Shown piece after piece: positions 19,577-28,812 of a stretch of 32,000 nt of DNA (position 1 is its first letter; each line of letters starts with the position of its first letter). The DNA is taken from positions 1,110,001 through 1,142,000 of the forward strand of contig NC_017262.1 of the NCBI RefSeq assembly GCF_000175255.2, written 5' to 3'. Both the position numbers and the translations under genes were made by a program. This DNA is from Zymomonas mobilis subsp. mobilis ATCC 10988 (GTDB lineage: Bacteria; Pseudomonadota; Alphaproteobacteria; Sphingomonadales; Sphingomonadaceae). Under the pieces are notes generated by a model. The model did not search any database and was not told the origin of the DNA. It saw nothing but the letters and a program-made list of their open reading frames with translations.

Positions 19577-20329
19577 ATGAGTAAGATGTTGGAAATTCGT
19601 AATCTTCGCGCTGAAGTCGATAACAAGCAGATTCTGAAAGGCTTGAATCTGGAAATAGGTGCCGGAGAAATTCATGCTATCATGGGGCCTAATGGGGCAG
19701 GGAAATCCACCCTTTCCTATGTTCTTTCCGGTAAGCCCGGCTATACGGTAACGGATGGCTCCGCCCGTTTTATGGGAAAAGACTTGCTGGCGATGGAACC
19801 GCATGAGCGGGCAGCCGCCGGTCTGTTTTTGGGCTTTCAATATCCGGTAGAAATTGCCGGTGTTTCCAATCTCCATTTTTTGAGAGCGGCAGCTAATGCC
19901 CAGCGGAAAACACGGGGTGAAGAGGAACTCTCCGCTGGAGAATTTATTAAAATTGCCAGCAAGGAAGCCAAAGCATTGGGCATCAATCCCGAAATGTTGA
20001 AGCGTCCTGTTAATGTCGGTTTTTCGGGCGGTGAAAAGAAACGCAACGAAATGATGCAGATGGCCGTTCTTCAGCCAAAGCTGGCTATTCTGGATGAAAC
20101 CGATTCCGGTCTTGATATTGATGCCTTGCGGATTGTCAGCGAAAGCATCAATCGCGTTATGCGGCAGCCAGATCGTTCCGTCCTGTTAATTACCCATTAT
20201 CAGCGTTTGTTGGATCATGTAAAACCGGATTTCGTCCATGTTTTGGTCAAAGGTCAGATTGTGCGCTCCGGCGGGGCAGAGCTGGCTTTGGAACTGGAAC
20301 GCGAAGGTTATGGGGAGTTGGTAGCATGA
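19577..20329 (+). CDS. sufC: Fe-S cluster assembly ATPase SufC
   Basis: ABC ATPase with GPNGAGKSTLSYVLSGKPGY, FSGGEKKRNEMMQM and LAILDETDSGLDIDAL. Confidence 0.96.
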   Translation: MSKMLEIRNLRAEVDNKQILKGLNLEIGAGEIHAIMGPNGAGKSTLSYVLSGKPGYTVTDGSARFMGKDLLAMEPHERAAAGLFLGFQYPVEIAGVSNLHFLRAAANAQRKTRGEEELSAGEFIKIASKEAKALGINPEMLKRPVNVGFSGGEKKRNEMMQMAVLQPKLAILDETDSGLDIDALRIVSESINRVMRQPDRSVLLITHYQRLLDHVKPDFVHVLVKGQIVRSGGAELALELEREGYGELVA

Positions 20330-21441
20330 CGACTGTCGAAGACAGCCATAAGACAAAAGCTGCTCTGACATTACCTTCTCCGCATGACGAAGAATGGCAT
20401 TGGTCGCGGTTGAATGCTTTGGAAATATTGGCAGGCGAAGAGCATGGCCAGTTTCCTTTGCCCAATCCGTCTTCTTTCTGGTCAGGTCTGACAAATCCTA
20501 AATTGCTGTTTATTGACGGGGTTTACCAGCCGGAAGCGAGCCATCCGGGGCCTGTTAAAATCGGAGCCGTGGAGGCAAAAAGCCAAAATCCTTTGGGTCA
20601 AATGGCTAATGGGGCAAGTGGCTGGACGCTCGAGATTGAAGAAGACTGCGCCGAGCCTATCGAGATTTTATATTTAGGCAGCGGCGGTGCTTACCATCTG
20701 CCTTCTTCTGTTCGTTTAGCCAAGAATGTTTCGGCAACTTTGGTCGAGACTTATGCTGGACAGGGTTGGGGCAACCGCTTTTCCTATTTCGATCTTGGTG
20801 AAAATGCTCAATTACAACGCTTATCGCGTTTATCTTGCGAAGGCGGCTTTACGTCTTTGATTGAAGAAGGTCGTTTGGGTGAAAACGCCCATTTGCTGAC
20901 CGACTGGATCGGAAATAAAGGCGCGGATAGTCGGATAGACCAGCGTTTCGATTTAACCGCTTCCGGTGCTGAATTGATGAGCGGCGGCGCTTTTCTGGCA
21001 AGAGAAAAACAGCGGCATGATATCATGATTATCACCCGCCATATTGCCGAGGGATGTCGCAGCCGTCAGAAGTTAAGAGCCTTGGCCGATGATGAATCAA
21101 CGGTCAGCTTGGCTGTTCGCACAGAGGTTGCCGCTTCTGCACAAAAAAGCGACGGGGAGCAGTCTTTGAAAGGCCTGCTTTTGTCCCGTAACGCAACGAT
21201 TAATATGAAGCCGGAGCTGGAAATCTATGCCGATGATGTCAAATGCGCGCATGGGGCGGCTGTCGGTGAACTTGATCCGCAGGCGCTTTTCTATCTGGAA
21301 TCCCGAGGTATTGACCCCGAAGAAGCCAAAGATTTGTTGATTCAATCTTTTGTGATGGAAGCCTTTATTTCGACTCCGGATAGTCTGCTCTATTCGACAT
21401 GGCTGCATGATACAGAACATTGGGCAGGAGAAAAAGAATGA
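20326..21441 (+). CDS. sufD: Fe-S cluster assembly protein SufD
   Basis: SufB/D fold C-terminus (YADDVKCAHGAAVGELDPQALFYLESRGIDPEEAKDLLIQSFVMEA). Overlaps sufC by ATGA. Confidence 0.93.
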   Translation: MTTVEDSHKTKAALTLPSPHDEEWHWSRLNALEILAGEEHGQFPLPNPSSFWSGLTNPKLLFIDGVYQPEASHPGPVKIGAVEAKSQNPLGQMANGASGWTLEIEEDCAEPIEILYLGSGGAYHLPSSVRLAKNVSATLVETYAGQGWGNRFSYFDLGENAQLQRLSRLSCEGGFTSLIEEGRLGENAHLLTDWIGNKGADSRIDQRFDLTASGAELMSGGAFLAREKQRHDIMIITRHIAEGCRSRQKLRALADDESTVSLAVRTEVAASAQKSDGEQSLKGLLLSRNATINMKPELEIYADDVKCAHGAAVGELDPQALFYLESRGIDPEEAKDLLIQSFVMEAFISTPDSLLYSTWLHDTEHWAGEKE

Positions 21442-22661
21442 GCCCGTCAGCAGGAAATAACAGAGTAGCGGATTTCAATCATCGCGCCGATTTTCCGGCT
21501 ATTCCTGAAAACTGGTCTTATCTTGATAGTGCTGCCACGGCACAAAAACCGAAAGCGGTTATAGACGCGGTCTATAAAGCCTATGCGGTCGATTATGCGA
21601 CGGTGCATCGCGGCGTTTATAGTCGTTCGGCGGATATGACGATTGCCTATGAAAAGGCGCGAGAAACGGTTGCGCGCTTTATCGGAGCCAAAACCCCTGA
21701 TGAGATTGTTTTTGTTCGTGGTGCAACCGAAGCGATCAATTTGGTTGCCCAGATCTGGGGTGCTGCCCATTTAAAACAAGGCGACCGAATCCTTATCAGT
21801 CAATTGGAACATCACAGCAATATTGTGCCTTGGCAGCTTTTGCGTGACCGGATGGGTTTTTCCATCGATGTTATTCCTTTGGATGAAGAAGGCCAGATAG
21901 ATCTGGATGCGGCTGCCCGAATGATCCGGCCGGAACATAAACTGCTTTCATTGGCTCATATATCCAATGTGCTGGGTTCGGTTCTGGATGTTTCGAAAGC
22001 CCGAAAAATTGCGGATAGTGTCGGAGCAAAATTATTGATTGATGGGTGTCAGTCAGCCCCTCATTTGCCTATCAATGTTTCTGAATTAGGATGCGATTTT
22101 TTCGTTTTTTCAGGCCACAAGCTCTATGCACCAACGGGTATCGGAGTTTTATGGGCTAAATCCGATATTTTGGACTCGATGGCACCTTGGCAGGGCGGTG
22201 GTGCGATGATCGATCAGGTCACTTTTGAAAAAACGACCTATCTTGATCCGCCTGCACGCTTTGAAGCTGGAACGCCGCATATTGTCGGGACTTTGGGGCT
22301 GGCCGCCGCCATTGAATATCTAGAAAATATCGGCATGGAAGAAGTTGCCCGTCACGAGGCTGCTTTAACTAAAATAGCGAGAAACCGCCTGAAAGATATC
22401 AAGGGATTGCGTCTTTTTGGTGCAGATGACAGCGCAGCAATCTTAAGTTTTTCTATGGACGGTATTCATCCTCACGATATCGGCACTATCTTGGATGAAG
22501 AGGGTGTCGCTATCCGCGCCGGTCACCATTGCGCTCAACCTCTGATGGCTCATTTGAATGTGCCAGCGACCGCAAGAGCCAGTTTTGGTCTTTATAATGA
22601 AGAGCAAGATATCGAGCGTTTGGCAGCCGGACTTTCAAGAGTAGTGAGTATTTTCTTATGA
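21438..22661 (+). CDS. sufS: Cysteine desulfurase SufS
   Basis: YLDSAATAQKP, EHHSNIVPWQ, FFVFSGHKLYAPTGIGVLW and RAGHHCAQPLM motifs. ATG 21438 overlaps the sufD stop. Confidence 0.94.
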   Translation: MSPSAGNNRVADFNHRADFPAIPENWSYLDSAATAQKPKAVIDAVYKAYAVDYATVHRGVYSRSADMTIAYEKARETVARFIGAKTPDEIVFVRGATEAINLVAQIWGAAHLKQGDRILISQLEHHSNIVPWQLLRDRMGFSIDVIPLDEEGQIDLDAAARMIRPEHKLLSLAHISNVLGSVLDVSKARKIADSVGAKLLIDGCQSAPHLPINVSELGCDFFVFSGHKLYAPTGIGVLWAKSDILDSMAPWQGGGAMIDQVTFEKTTYLDPPARFEAGTPHIVGTLGLAAAIEYLENIGMEEVARHEAALTKIARNRLKDIKGLRLFGADDSAAILSFSMDGIHPHDIGTILDEEGVAIRAGHHCAQPLMAHLNVPATARASFGLYNEEQDIERLAAGLSRVVSIFL

Positions 22662-23092
22662 GTAATATCACGGGAACGTCGGAAGCCCCTTTAGAAACGC
22701 CTTCGGGTGAAAATTCTGGCGAGGCCTCGGCCTCTGCCCCTCGGAAACAGGATTATCTCGAAGGCTTCACGGCTGAAAAACCGGATAAGGAAAAGCTGAA
22801 GGCTGAAATTATCGAAACCTTGAGAGATATTTATGATCCGGAAATTCCGGTTAATATTTATGATCTGGGGTTGGTTTATGACATTGAAATTGGTGATGAC
22901 AATCATGTCGTTATCAAAATGACCCTGACAACGCCGAATTGTCCGGTTGCGGGGTCGATGCCTGCGGAAATTGAACTGCGCGTCGGGCAAATAAAAGGGG
23001 TCGGTGCGGTTGAAGTTGAATTGGTGTGGGATCCGCCTTGGGGCATGGATCGCATCAGCGATGAAGCCAAACTTGAATTAGGGCTGTTGTAG
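22658..23092 (+). CDS. SUF system protein SufT-like / MIP18 (PaaD-like, DUF59) family
   Basis: IIETLRDIYDPEIPVNIYDLGLVYDIEI...MTLTTPNCPVAGSMPAEIE...VELVWDPPWGMDRISDEAKLELGLL. Confidence 0.92.
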   Translation: MSNITGTSEAPLETPSGENSGEASASAPRKQDYLEGFTAEKPDKEKLKAEIIETLRDIYDPEIPVNIYDLGLVYDIEIGDDNHVVIKMTLTTPNCPVAGSMPAEIELRVGQIKGVGAVEVELVWDPPWGMDRISDEAKLELGLL

Positions 23093-23130
23093 CTTTGAAA
23101 AGCTCTCAATAGCCCCGAAAGGAATATGAA

Positions 23131-23472
23131 ATGGCGAAGACTGCTTCTGTTATTACCCTGACCCCGAATGCTAAAATGCGGATCAAAAAACTGTTATCCG
23201 AAGCCCCTGAAGGAACGGTTGGGGTTAAACTCTCAACTCCGAAGAAAGGCTGTTCGGGCTTGGCATATTCTTTGGAATATACCGATAAAGCTGACCCGCT
23301 CGATGAACGGATTGTGATTGATGATGCGGTGTTATTTATTGATAATGCCTCGTTACTTTATTTGATCGGTTCAGAAATGGATTGGGTCGAAGATGATTTT
23401 CAGGCCGCTTTCCAATTTAAAAATCCTAATGCGACCGGCATGTGCGGTTGCGGTGAAAGCTTTACTGTCTGA
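23131..23472 (+). CDS. sufA: HesB/IscA family iron-sulfur carrier SufA
   Basis: A-type carrier with the three conserved cysteines: KKGCSGLAYSLEY and TGMCGCGESFTV. Confidence 0.92.
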   Translation: MAKTASVITLTPNAKMRIKKLLSEAPEGTVGVKLSTPKKGCSGLAYSLEYTDKADPLDERIVIDDAVLFIDNASLLYLIGSEMDWVEDDFQAAFQFKNPNATGMCGCGESFTV

Positions 23473-23596
23473 TTATTGGGTTGAATGAAGCCTTGTCTTT
23501 TATTCGCTTTATTTGTGTCCAGTTTTCTTTTTTGTAATAAAACAGGTATAGAAGGGGATGATGACCCCTCAATTGTCTCAATGACAAGGCACCTAT

Positions 23597-24265
23597 ATGA
23601 CTTCTAGTTTGCAGCATATCGAAAACTGGATCTTTGACCTCGATAATACGCTCTATCCGCCGGATGCTGATCTTTTTACCCATATCGACAAGCGTATGGC
23701 CTATTATATTTCGGTGAAATTAAACCTGCCTCTGGAAAAATCCCAGAAACTACAGCAGGATTATTATCTAAAATATGGGGCTTCTTTGGTCGGTTTGTAT
23801 CGGTATCACAATATCGACCCGTATGACTATTTGGCCTATGTCCACAATATCGAAATGGACAGTTTATCCCCCGACCTGACATTGAGACGATCTATTGAAA
23901 ATTTGCCGGGACGCAAATGGATTTTTACAAATGGCGATCGACCTTATGCTGAACAGGTCTTAGAGCGCCGTGGATTGTCGGGTGTATTTGAAGGGGTATT
24001 CGACATCCATTCTTCGCAATATCGACCAAAGCCCGATCCTTCTTGTTATCAACGTATGTTGGAAGAATTTCAGGCCAATGGAGAAAAATCGCTCTTTGTC
24101 GATGATATGGCCTGTAACCTGTTGCCTGCGAAAGATCAGGGCATGACCACTGTTTGGGTCAATCATGGATTGAAAGGGCAGGATGGTCATATTACGGAAG
24201 GCCATGAAAAAATAGATTACGAAATTTATGATGTCGGTTCTTGGTTAAAAGAGATAACAGCGTAA
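23597..24265 (+). CDS. HAD-family pyrimidine 5'-nucleotidase
   Basis: WIFDLDNTLYP, FTNGDRPYAEQVLERRGL and KSLFVDDMACNLLPAKDQGMTTVWV HAD motifs in the pyrimidine 5'-nucleotidase arrangement. Confidence 0.85.
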   Translation: MTSSLQHIENWIFDLDNTLYPPDADLFTHIDKRMAYYISVKLNLPLEKSQKLQQDYYLKYGASLVGLYRYHNIDPYDYLAYVHNIEMDSLSPDLTLRRSIENLPGRKWIFTNGDRPYAEQVLERRGLSGVFEGVFDIHSSQYRPKPDPSCYQRMLEEFQANGEKSLFVDDMACNLLPAKDQGMTTVWVNHGLKGQDGHITEGHEKIDYEIYDVGSWLKEITA

Positions 24266-24298
24266 ATTCAACTTGTTACTATAAAGAAAGAAATCGGG

Positions 24299-25129
24299 AT
24301 GTCTGATCTTATCAAGATTATTGATCAAGCCTTTGAAGACCGTGCCAATATTACGCCTGCGACCAAAGGTGCCGTTGTCGAAGCCGTTGAAGAGGCTCTG
24401 TCCTTATTGGATTCTGGTAAACGCCGCGTTGCCGAATTGGGCGATAATGGCGAATGGGTCGTCAATCAGTGGTTGAAAAAAGCCGTTCTTCTGTCTTTCC
24501 GTTTGACCGGCAATGCGCCGATGAATGGTGGTTATGATAAAGTCCCGCTGAAATTCGCTAACTGGAGCGAAGATCAGTTTAAACAGGCTGGTTTCCGTGC
24601 GGTTCCCGGGGCCGTTGTTCGTCGTGGCGCCTTTATTTCCAAGGGCGCTGTCCTGATGCCGAGCTTCGTAAATATCGGTGCTTATGTCGGCGAAAATACC
24701 ATGGTTGATACATGGGCAACCGTTGGTTCATGCGCCCAGATCGGTGCGAATGTCCATATTTCTGGCGGTGCCGGTATCGGCGGTGTGCTTGAACCTTTAC
24801 AGGCAGGCCCTGTCATCATTGGCGACAATGCCTTTATCGGGGCGCGTTCCGAAGTTGCCGAAGGCGTTACGGTCGGTGAAGGTGCCGTTCTGTCGATGGG
24901 TGTCTTTATCGGTGCGTCAACCCGTATTATTGATCGGGCAACTGGCGAAATCCATATGGGTAAGGTCCCGCCTTATGCTGTGGTTGTTCCGGGTAGCTTG
25001 CCTGGCAAGCCTTTGCCTGATGGTCGTCCGGGACCTTCGCTTTATTGCGCTGTTATTGTTAAAACAGCCGATGAACGCACCCGTTCAAAGACCAGCATCA
25101 ATCAGCTTTTAAGAGAAGCCCAGAATTAA
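24299..25129 (+). CDS. dapD: 2,3,4,5-tetrahydropyridine-2,6-dicarboxylate N-succinyltransferase
   Basis: Left-handed beta-helix hexapeptide repeats and the DapD signature [45 protein letters not shown]. Confidence 0.95.
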   Translation: MSDLIKIIDQAFEDRANITPATKGAVVEAVEEALSLLDSGKRRVAELGDNGEWVVNQWLKKAVLLSFRLTGNAPMNGGYDKVPLKFANWSEDQFKQAGFRAVPGAVVRRGAFISKGAVLMPSFVNIGAYVGENTMVDTWATVGSCAQIGANVHISGGAGIGGVLEPLQAGPVIIGDNAFIGARSEVAEGVTVGEGAVLSMGVFIGASTRIIDRATGEIHMGKVPPYAVVVPGSLPGKPLPDGRPGPSLYCAVIVKTADERTRSKTSINQLLREAQN

Positions 25130-25150
25130 AGTCTATTGAGACGTAACGGA

Positions 25151-25183
25151 AAGCCGGCATTTTATGAATGCCGGCTTTTTTTA
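25151..25183 (+). terminator. Rho-independent terminator downstream of dapD
   Basis: aagccggcat-tttatga-atgccggctt followed by a T run. Confidence 0.9.
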
Positions 25184-25196
25184 TAAAAGAAACGCC

Positions 25197-26075
25197 TTAT
25201 TTCCCGATTAAAGGCAGTTCTTCGAGCATATTCTTTAAATTAAGCGCATCCCATGGGAGATGTTCGGCAATAGTTAAACCCACCGCCTTGGAAATAGAGG
25301 CCGCTTGATTAGCCAATTTTACGACATCTGGTATGTTTAATTTGCCTTCTGCGACATCCCCGAAATCATGCTGTCCTCGACCCGGTTTAGCAAAAAGAAC
25401 AGATCTGAAATTATGGGGATCCAATACATCCAAGTCTATATGGATGGCCAGATATTCGATTTTTTCATTCTTGATCCAGTCTAAAACGGGTTGAGCGCCA
25501 GACCTTACCTGTTCTGGAGAGCAAGTTTGAATTTTATGCTCGGAAATAAAATTTGCTTCATAGGGGAGCGGGTCATGTATGCCCGCAATCATAATTTTTT
25601 GTGGAGATACTGGGTGTTTAACCGTTCTGGTAAAATCAGAATCGCCATTACCCATCAATTCCCCAAGCACATGGGCATGCGCATTTTTATATTCCTTGGG
25701 CGTTTGAACATCTGGATGTGAATCGATCCAAAGAATCCCTAACTTATCTTTATATTTTTCAAGAAGCCATGAGAAGGGTGCTAAAGAAACAAGGCAATCA
25801 CCGCCTAAGACAACTAGAGAATCTGGTGTGTGCTTTTCGATCAACTGCCGCGCTTTTGATAGCTGATCTATTAAAATTGACCGCCCAACAATGCCATTTT
25901 CTTCTTGCAGCGGTTCTCCTGTTGGTTTTGGAACAGGCACTTCTTCAACCGCGCCTTTGGGATCAGGCGATAACCACGCCAAAAGCTGCGAACCCAAATA
26001 GTAAGGGGGATTATCACCACCTTGCCATTGCGGGAAAATGAGTCTCAACGGTTTATTAATACTACTCATTACCAT
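25197..26075 (-). CDS. Arginase/agmatinase-like ureohydrolase superfamily protein (divergent)
   Basis: Ureohydrolase metal-site-like motifs VVLGGDCL, ILWIDSHPDVQ and IHIDLDVLDP. Substrate cannot be assigned. Confidence 0.75.
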   Translation of the reverse strand: MVMSSINKPLRLIFPQWQGGDNPPYYLGSQLLAWLSPDPKGAVEEVPVPKPTGEPLQEENGIVGRSILIDQLSKARQLIEKHTPDSLVVLGGDCLVSLAPFSWLLEKYKDKLGILWIDSHPDVQTPKEYKNAHAHVLGELMGNGDSDFTRTVKHPVSPQKIMIAGIHDPLPYEANFISEHKIQTCSPEQVRSGAQPVLDWIKNEKIEYLAIHIDLDVLDPHNFRSVLFAKPGRGQHDFGDVAEGKLNIPDVVKLANQAASISKAVGLTIAEHLPWDALNLKNMLEELPLIGK

Positions 26076-26343
26076 GCTCCAAAGAGTATCAACCCAGCTC
26101 TTAATCTAGGCGATAATCTATGGCTTAAATAGGCACAGTCGATGACTCTAAAGCTGCAGGCGTTAACGGGCGTTAATGTAAATGATTTTTTGAAAAGATT
26201 TTATATTATTATTTTTTCTGTCGTCGTTTTTGAAAAAATTATTTAAGATTAACACGTATTTTTAATATATTTGTTTATAACAATAAAATTTTGTTAAATC
26301 AAAATATCCATTAAGAAGATAGCTTGTCTCGGACTGTAAAATT

Positions 26344-26372
26344 TACCGCCTTCCAAATATGGAAAGCGGTAA
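26344..26372 (-). terminator. Probable terminator downstream of gmk (minus strand)
   Basis: Inverted repeat accgccttcca / tggaaagcggt with one mismatch, followed on the minus strand by aaatttt. Confidence 0.5.
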
Positions 26373-26405
26373 AAGGATAATATCAGAATATTATACGAGA
26401 TGTTT

Positions 26406-27056
26406 TTAATCTTCGGGTGGTGCCAATAATTTGCGGGTAAAGCCAATAAGGCCGATTTGGCGGCGTCTTTTAATTCTTTCGACCGTCAAAATGTTTTTCA
26501 CCTGTTTGACACATTCATCCATGTCATCATTGATCAAAACATAATCATAGCCATCCCAATGGCTTATCTCGCTTGCAGCGCGCGCCATTCTTTTTTGGAT
26601 AACTTCTTCGGAATCGGTTCCCCGACCTCTTAACCGGCGTTCCAGTTCTTCAAAAGAAGGGGGAAGAATATAAACGCGTATCGTATCGCCGCTGGCCTGT
26701 TGCCAGAGCTGTTGCGCGCCTTGCCAGTCGATATCAAAGAGGACATCTTGGCCTTTGTGAAGCATTTCTTCAACAGGGGCGCGGGGCGTACCATAGCGAT
26801 TATCAAAAACATGCGCCCATTCCAAAAGCTGGTTCTCGGCGACCATCTTTTTAAAAGTCGGGACATCGACGAAATGATAATCTACTCCGTCAACTTCCCC
26901 TGGTCGTTTGGGACGCGTTGTAACAGAAACTGACAGATGAATTTCATCATCTTCGGCCAGTATTCTACGGGCGATAGTGGACTTACCTGCACCTGAGGGT
27001 GAGGATATAACAAAAAGAAGTCCACGGCGGGCTAGTCGAAAATTAGCTGAAGGCAT
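26406..27056 (-). CDS. gmk: Guanylate kinase
   Basis: GLLFVISSPSGAGKSTIARRIL P-loop, VTTRPKRPGEVDGVDYHFV and DVLFDIDWQGAQQL motifs. Confidence 0.95.
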   Translation of the reverse strand: MPSANFRLARRGLLFVISSPSGAGKSTIARRILAEDDEIHLSVSVTTRPKRPGEVDGVDYHFVDVPTFKKMVAENQLLEWAHVFDNRYGTPRAPVEEMLHKGQDVLFDIDWQGAQQLWQQASGDTIRVYILPPSFEELERRLRGRGTDSEEVIQKRMARAASEISHWDGYDYVLINDDMDECVKQVKNILTVERIKRRRQIGLIGFTRKLLAPPED

Positions 27057-27150
27057 GGGAACCTTTTGCCCAAGCAGGGATGAAGGTCAAGGGGCTAAGA
27101 TAAGAATAATCCCGAAATAGAATATAATAGAAAGCCGCTTAAAAGAATAA

Positions 27151-27180
27151 AGGGCGTATTCTTTCGAATGCACCCTTTTT
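27151..27180. terminator. Possible terminator-like hairpin between gmk and the glycine-zipper gene
   Basis: agggcgtattc-tttc-gaatgcaccct, 11 bp with one wobble and one mismatch. It has five T residues on the + strand and an AT-rich tail on the minus strand. The only convincing upstream transcript is on the minus strand (27210-27653). Confidence 0.4.
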
Positions 27181-27209
27181 GAAAAACAGGTCTTGTCAGG
27201 ACAATAGGC

Positions 27210-27653
27210 TTAACGGCAGCGAATTTTATTCCGGTCAATCTGACGTCCGATAAGAGCGCCGCCGCCAGCACCCAGAAGCGTGCCGATAGTTTTTGACCCA
27301 CCCGGTGCGATAACGTCGCCCAGCAAGCCGCCGCCAAGAGCGCCAATGATCGTTCCGGTCGTACCATCAGAACGATGGCAATAATAGCGGCCATCATTAC
27401 CGCGATAAATGCGATCATTGGGGCCTAAACGGCCATCCCGATATCCGCCACGACGTCCGCCGCCGCGATAATAACCACCGTCACGGCCACCATCGCGATA
27501 GCCACCCCGATCGCCTCTATCCCAATTGCCACCGCGACCATCGTCACGATCGCCATAATAATTGGGCGGGGGTGATCCACCCGGAGGTTGTGCCTGCACT
27601 GCTGCAATAGGTGCCATCAAAATGAGTGCCAGAGCAAACGATAACCGTTTCAC
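27210..27653 (-). CDS. Exported Gly/Asp/Arg-rich protein with C-terminal glycine-zipper domain
   Basis: GTG start (MKRLSFALALILMAPIAAVQA signal peptide) preceded by gagagga. Repetitive RGGYRDGGRDGGYYRGG segment, then GTIIGALGGGLLGDVIAPGGSKTIGTLLGAGGGALIGRQIDR glycine zipper. The track ORF opens at 27686. Confidence 0.75.
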   Translation of the reverse strand: MKRLSFALALILMAPIAAVQAQPPGGSPPPNYYGDRDDGRGGNWDRGDRGGYRDGGRDGGYYRGGGRRGGYRDGRLGPNDRIYRGNDGRYYCHRSDGTTGTIIGALGGGLLGDVIAPGGSKTIGTLLGAGGGALIGRQIDRNKIRCR

Positions 27654-27781
27654 TGTTTTGTCCTCTCGCTTGAAATCAAGCATCACAATAAAATGATGTG
27701 TTGTTAGCCTGTTTCTATCAATTAGAATATGAGCGTAGCATTAAGAATTTAAACAGCTAATTGAAATCTTTGTTTCCGATC

Positions 27782-28180
27782 TCAACAAAAAATCAGCAGG
27801 ATTTGTCCCAACAAGCCGATAATACCAATCGCCCAGACGATGCTGCGTAAATAAGGCACACCAAAAGCATAAAGCGGTAAATATGTCAGGCGGGAGGCCA
27901 CATATAATTCGGCGCTTAATTCACTATAATAGCCGTTATGCCCCAAATAGAGGTTGGCTAATAAGGCTGCTATAAACAAGGGGAGGGTTTCAAACAGATT
28001 CGCTTGCGCCCGACTTAAGCGACCCGCCATAGGGGAAAGAGGGGGAAGCGCTTCATCTCTGGCACCTACATTCCATTTATAGCCATATTGGCGCGTCTTG
28101 AAATGAGCCGTTAGAAAAATTTGTAACAAAGCCAACAACAACACTATGCCGAGAAGATAAAATTCGGGCGGCTTGGTCAT
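27782..28180 (-). CDS. MAPEG family membrane protein
   Basis: Small four-TM protein: GRLSRAQANLFETLPLFIAALLAN and YVASRLTYLPLYAFGVPYLRSIVWAIGIIG are MAPEG-like. Confidence 0.82.
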   Translation of the reverse strand: MTKPPEFYLLGIVLLLALLQIFLTAHFKTRQYGYKWNVGARDEALPPLSPMAGRLSRAQANLFETLPLFIAALLANLYLGHNGYYSELSAELYVASRLTYLPLYAFGVPYLRSIVWAIGIIGLLGQILLIFC

Positions 28181-28336
28181 AAAAAATCCCTTTATATTGT
28201 AGCGGTTAATCGTCTTTTGCTATGCTGCCAGAAATCTTATTCAGAATAAGCGGTTCTAAAAACTCATAATTCCGCCATAACCGATGATTATCATCAGCGA
28301 CCTTAACACGAATATAGACAGGATTAGATTAGAGTC

Positions 28337-28558
28337 ATGGCCAATATCATTTCGGTAATCATTGGTTTTCTGTCCCTTATTTCGGTAGCGGTTGCCTTTC
28401 TGCCTTTCGTGGGATGGCTGAACTGGATTATCATTCCGTTGCCGGTCATTGGCTTGGCCATTGGATGCTTATCCCGAGAAATAAGTGGTCGTCGTATCAA
28501 TATATTGGCTATTTTATTAGGTTTTTTTCGCCTTATTATCGGCGGCGGCATTTTCTAA
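28337..28558 (+). CDS. Small hydrophobic membrane protein, hypothetical
   Basis: 73-codon ORF with two hydrophobic segments (IISVIIGFLSLISVAVAFLPFVGWLNWIIIPLPVIGLAIG). In a gap free of other plausible genes. Confidence 0.6.
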   Translation: MANIISVIIGFLSLISVAVAFLPFVGWLNWIIIPLPVIGLAIGCLSREISGRRINILAILLGFFRLIIGGGIF

Positions 28559-28812
28559 CGCCTGTTTTCCACCTTATGCGATCAATGGTAGAAATATATC
28601 CTGCTTGAGAGGGCGGGAGAGACTGCCTTTCTCTGGCTAATTTTTGCCAATCATTCTATAAATCCCGTCATTTCAGATTGTCTTTCAAGGATATCTATGC
28701 CTTTCCCTTCTAGAGCCGAAATAGCCGATCAGCGGTATCGGATGTTGCTGTTTCGGAATTTGTCTTCCGATATTTTATTCTGTTTGCCCGTTATTGTGGA
28801 AGGGGAAGGTCG

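Noticed and set aside
17644-23472. Suf gene cluster as a potentially new system
   Set aside because: The regulator-sufB-C-D-S-sufT-like-sufA set is a well-described arrangement in alphaproteobacteria. Only the regulator motif and the long leader merit separate notes.
27425-27607. 60-aa minus-strand ORF (MQQCRHNLRVDHPRPIIMAIVTMVAVAIGIEAIGVAIAM...)
   Set aside because: Alternative frame of the repetitive Gly/Arg-rich gene. Its Val/Ala/Ile periodicity arises from the repeat.
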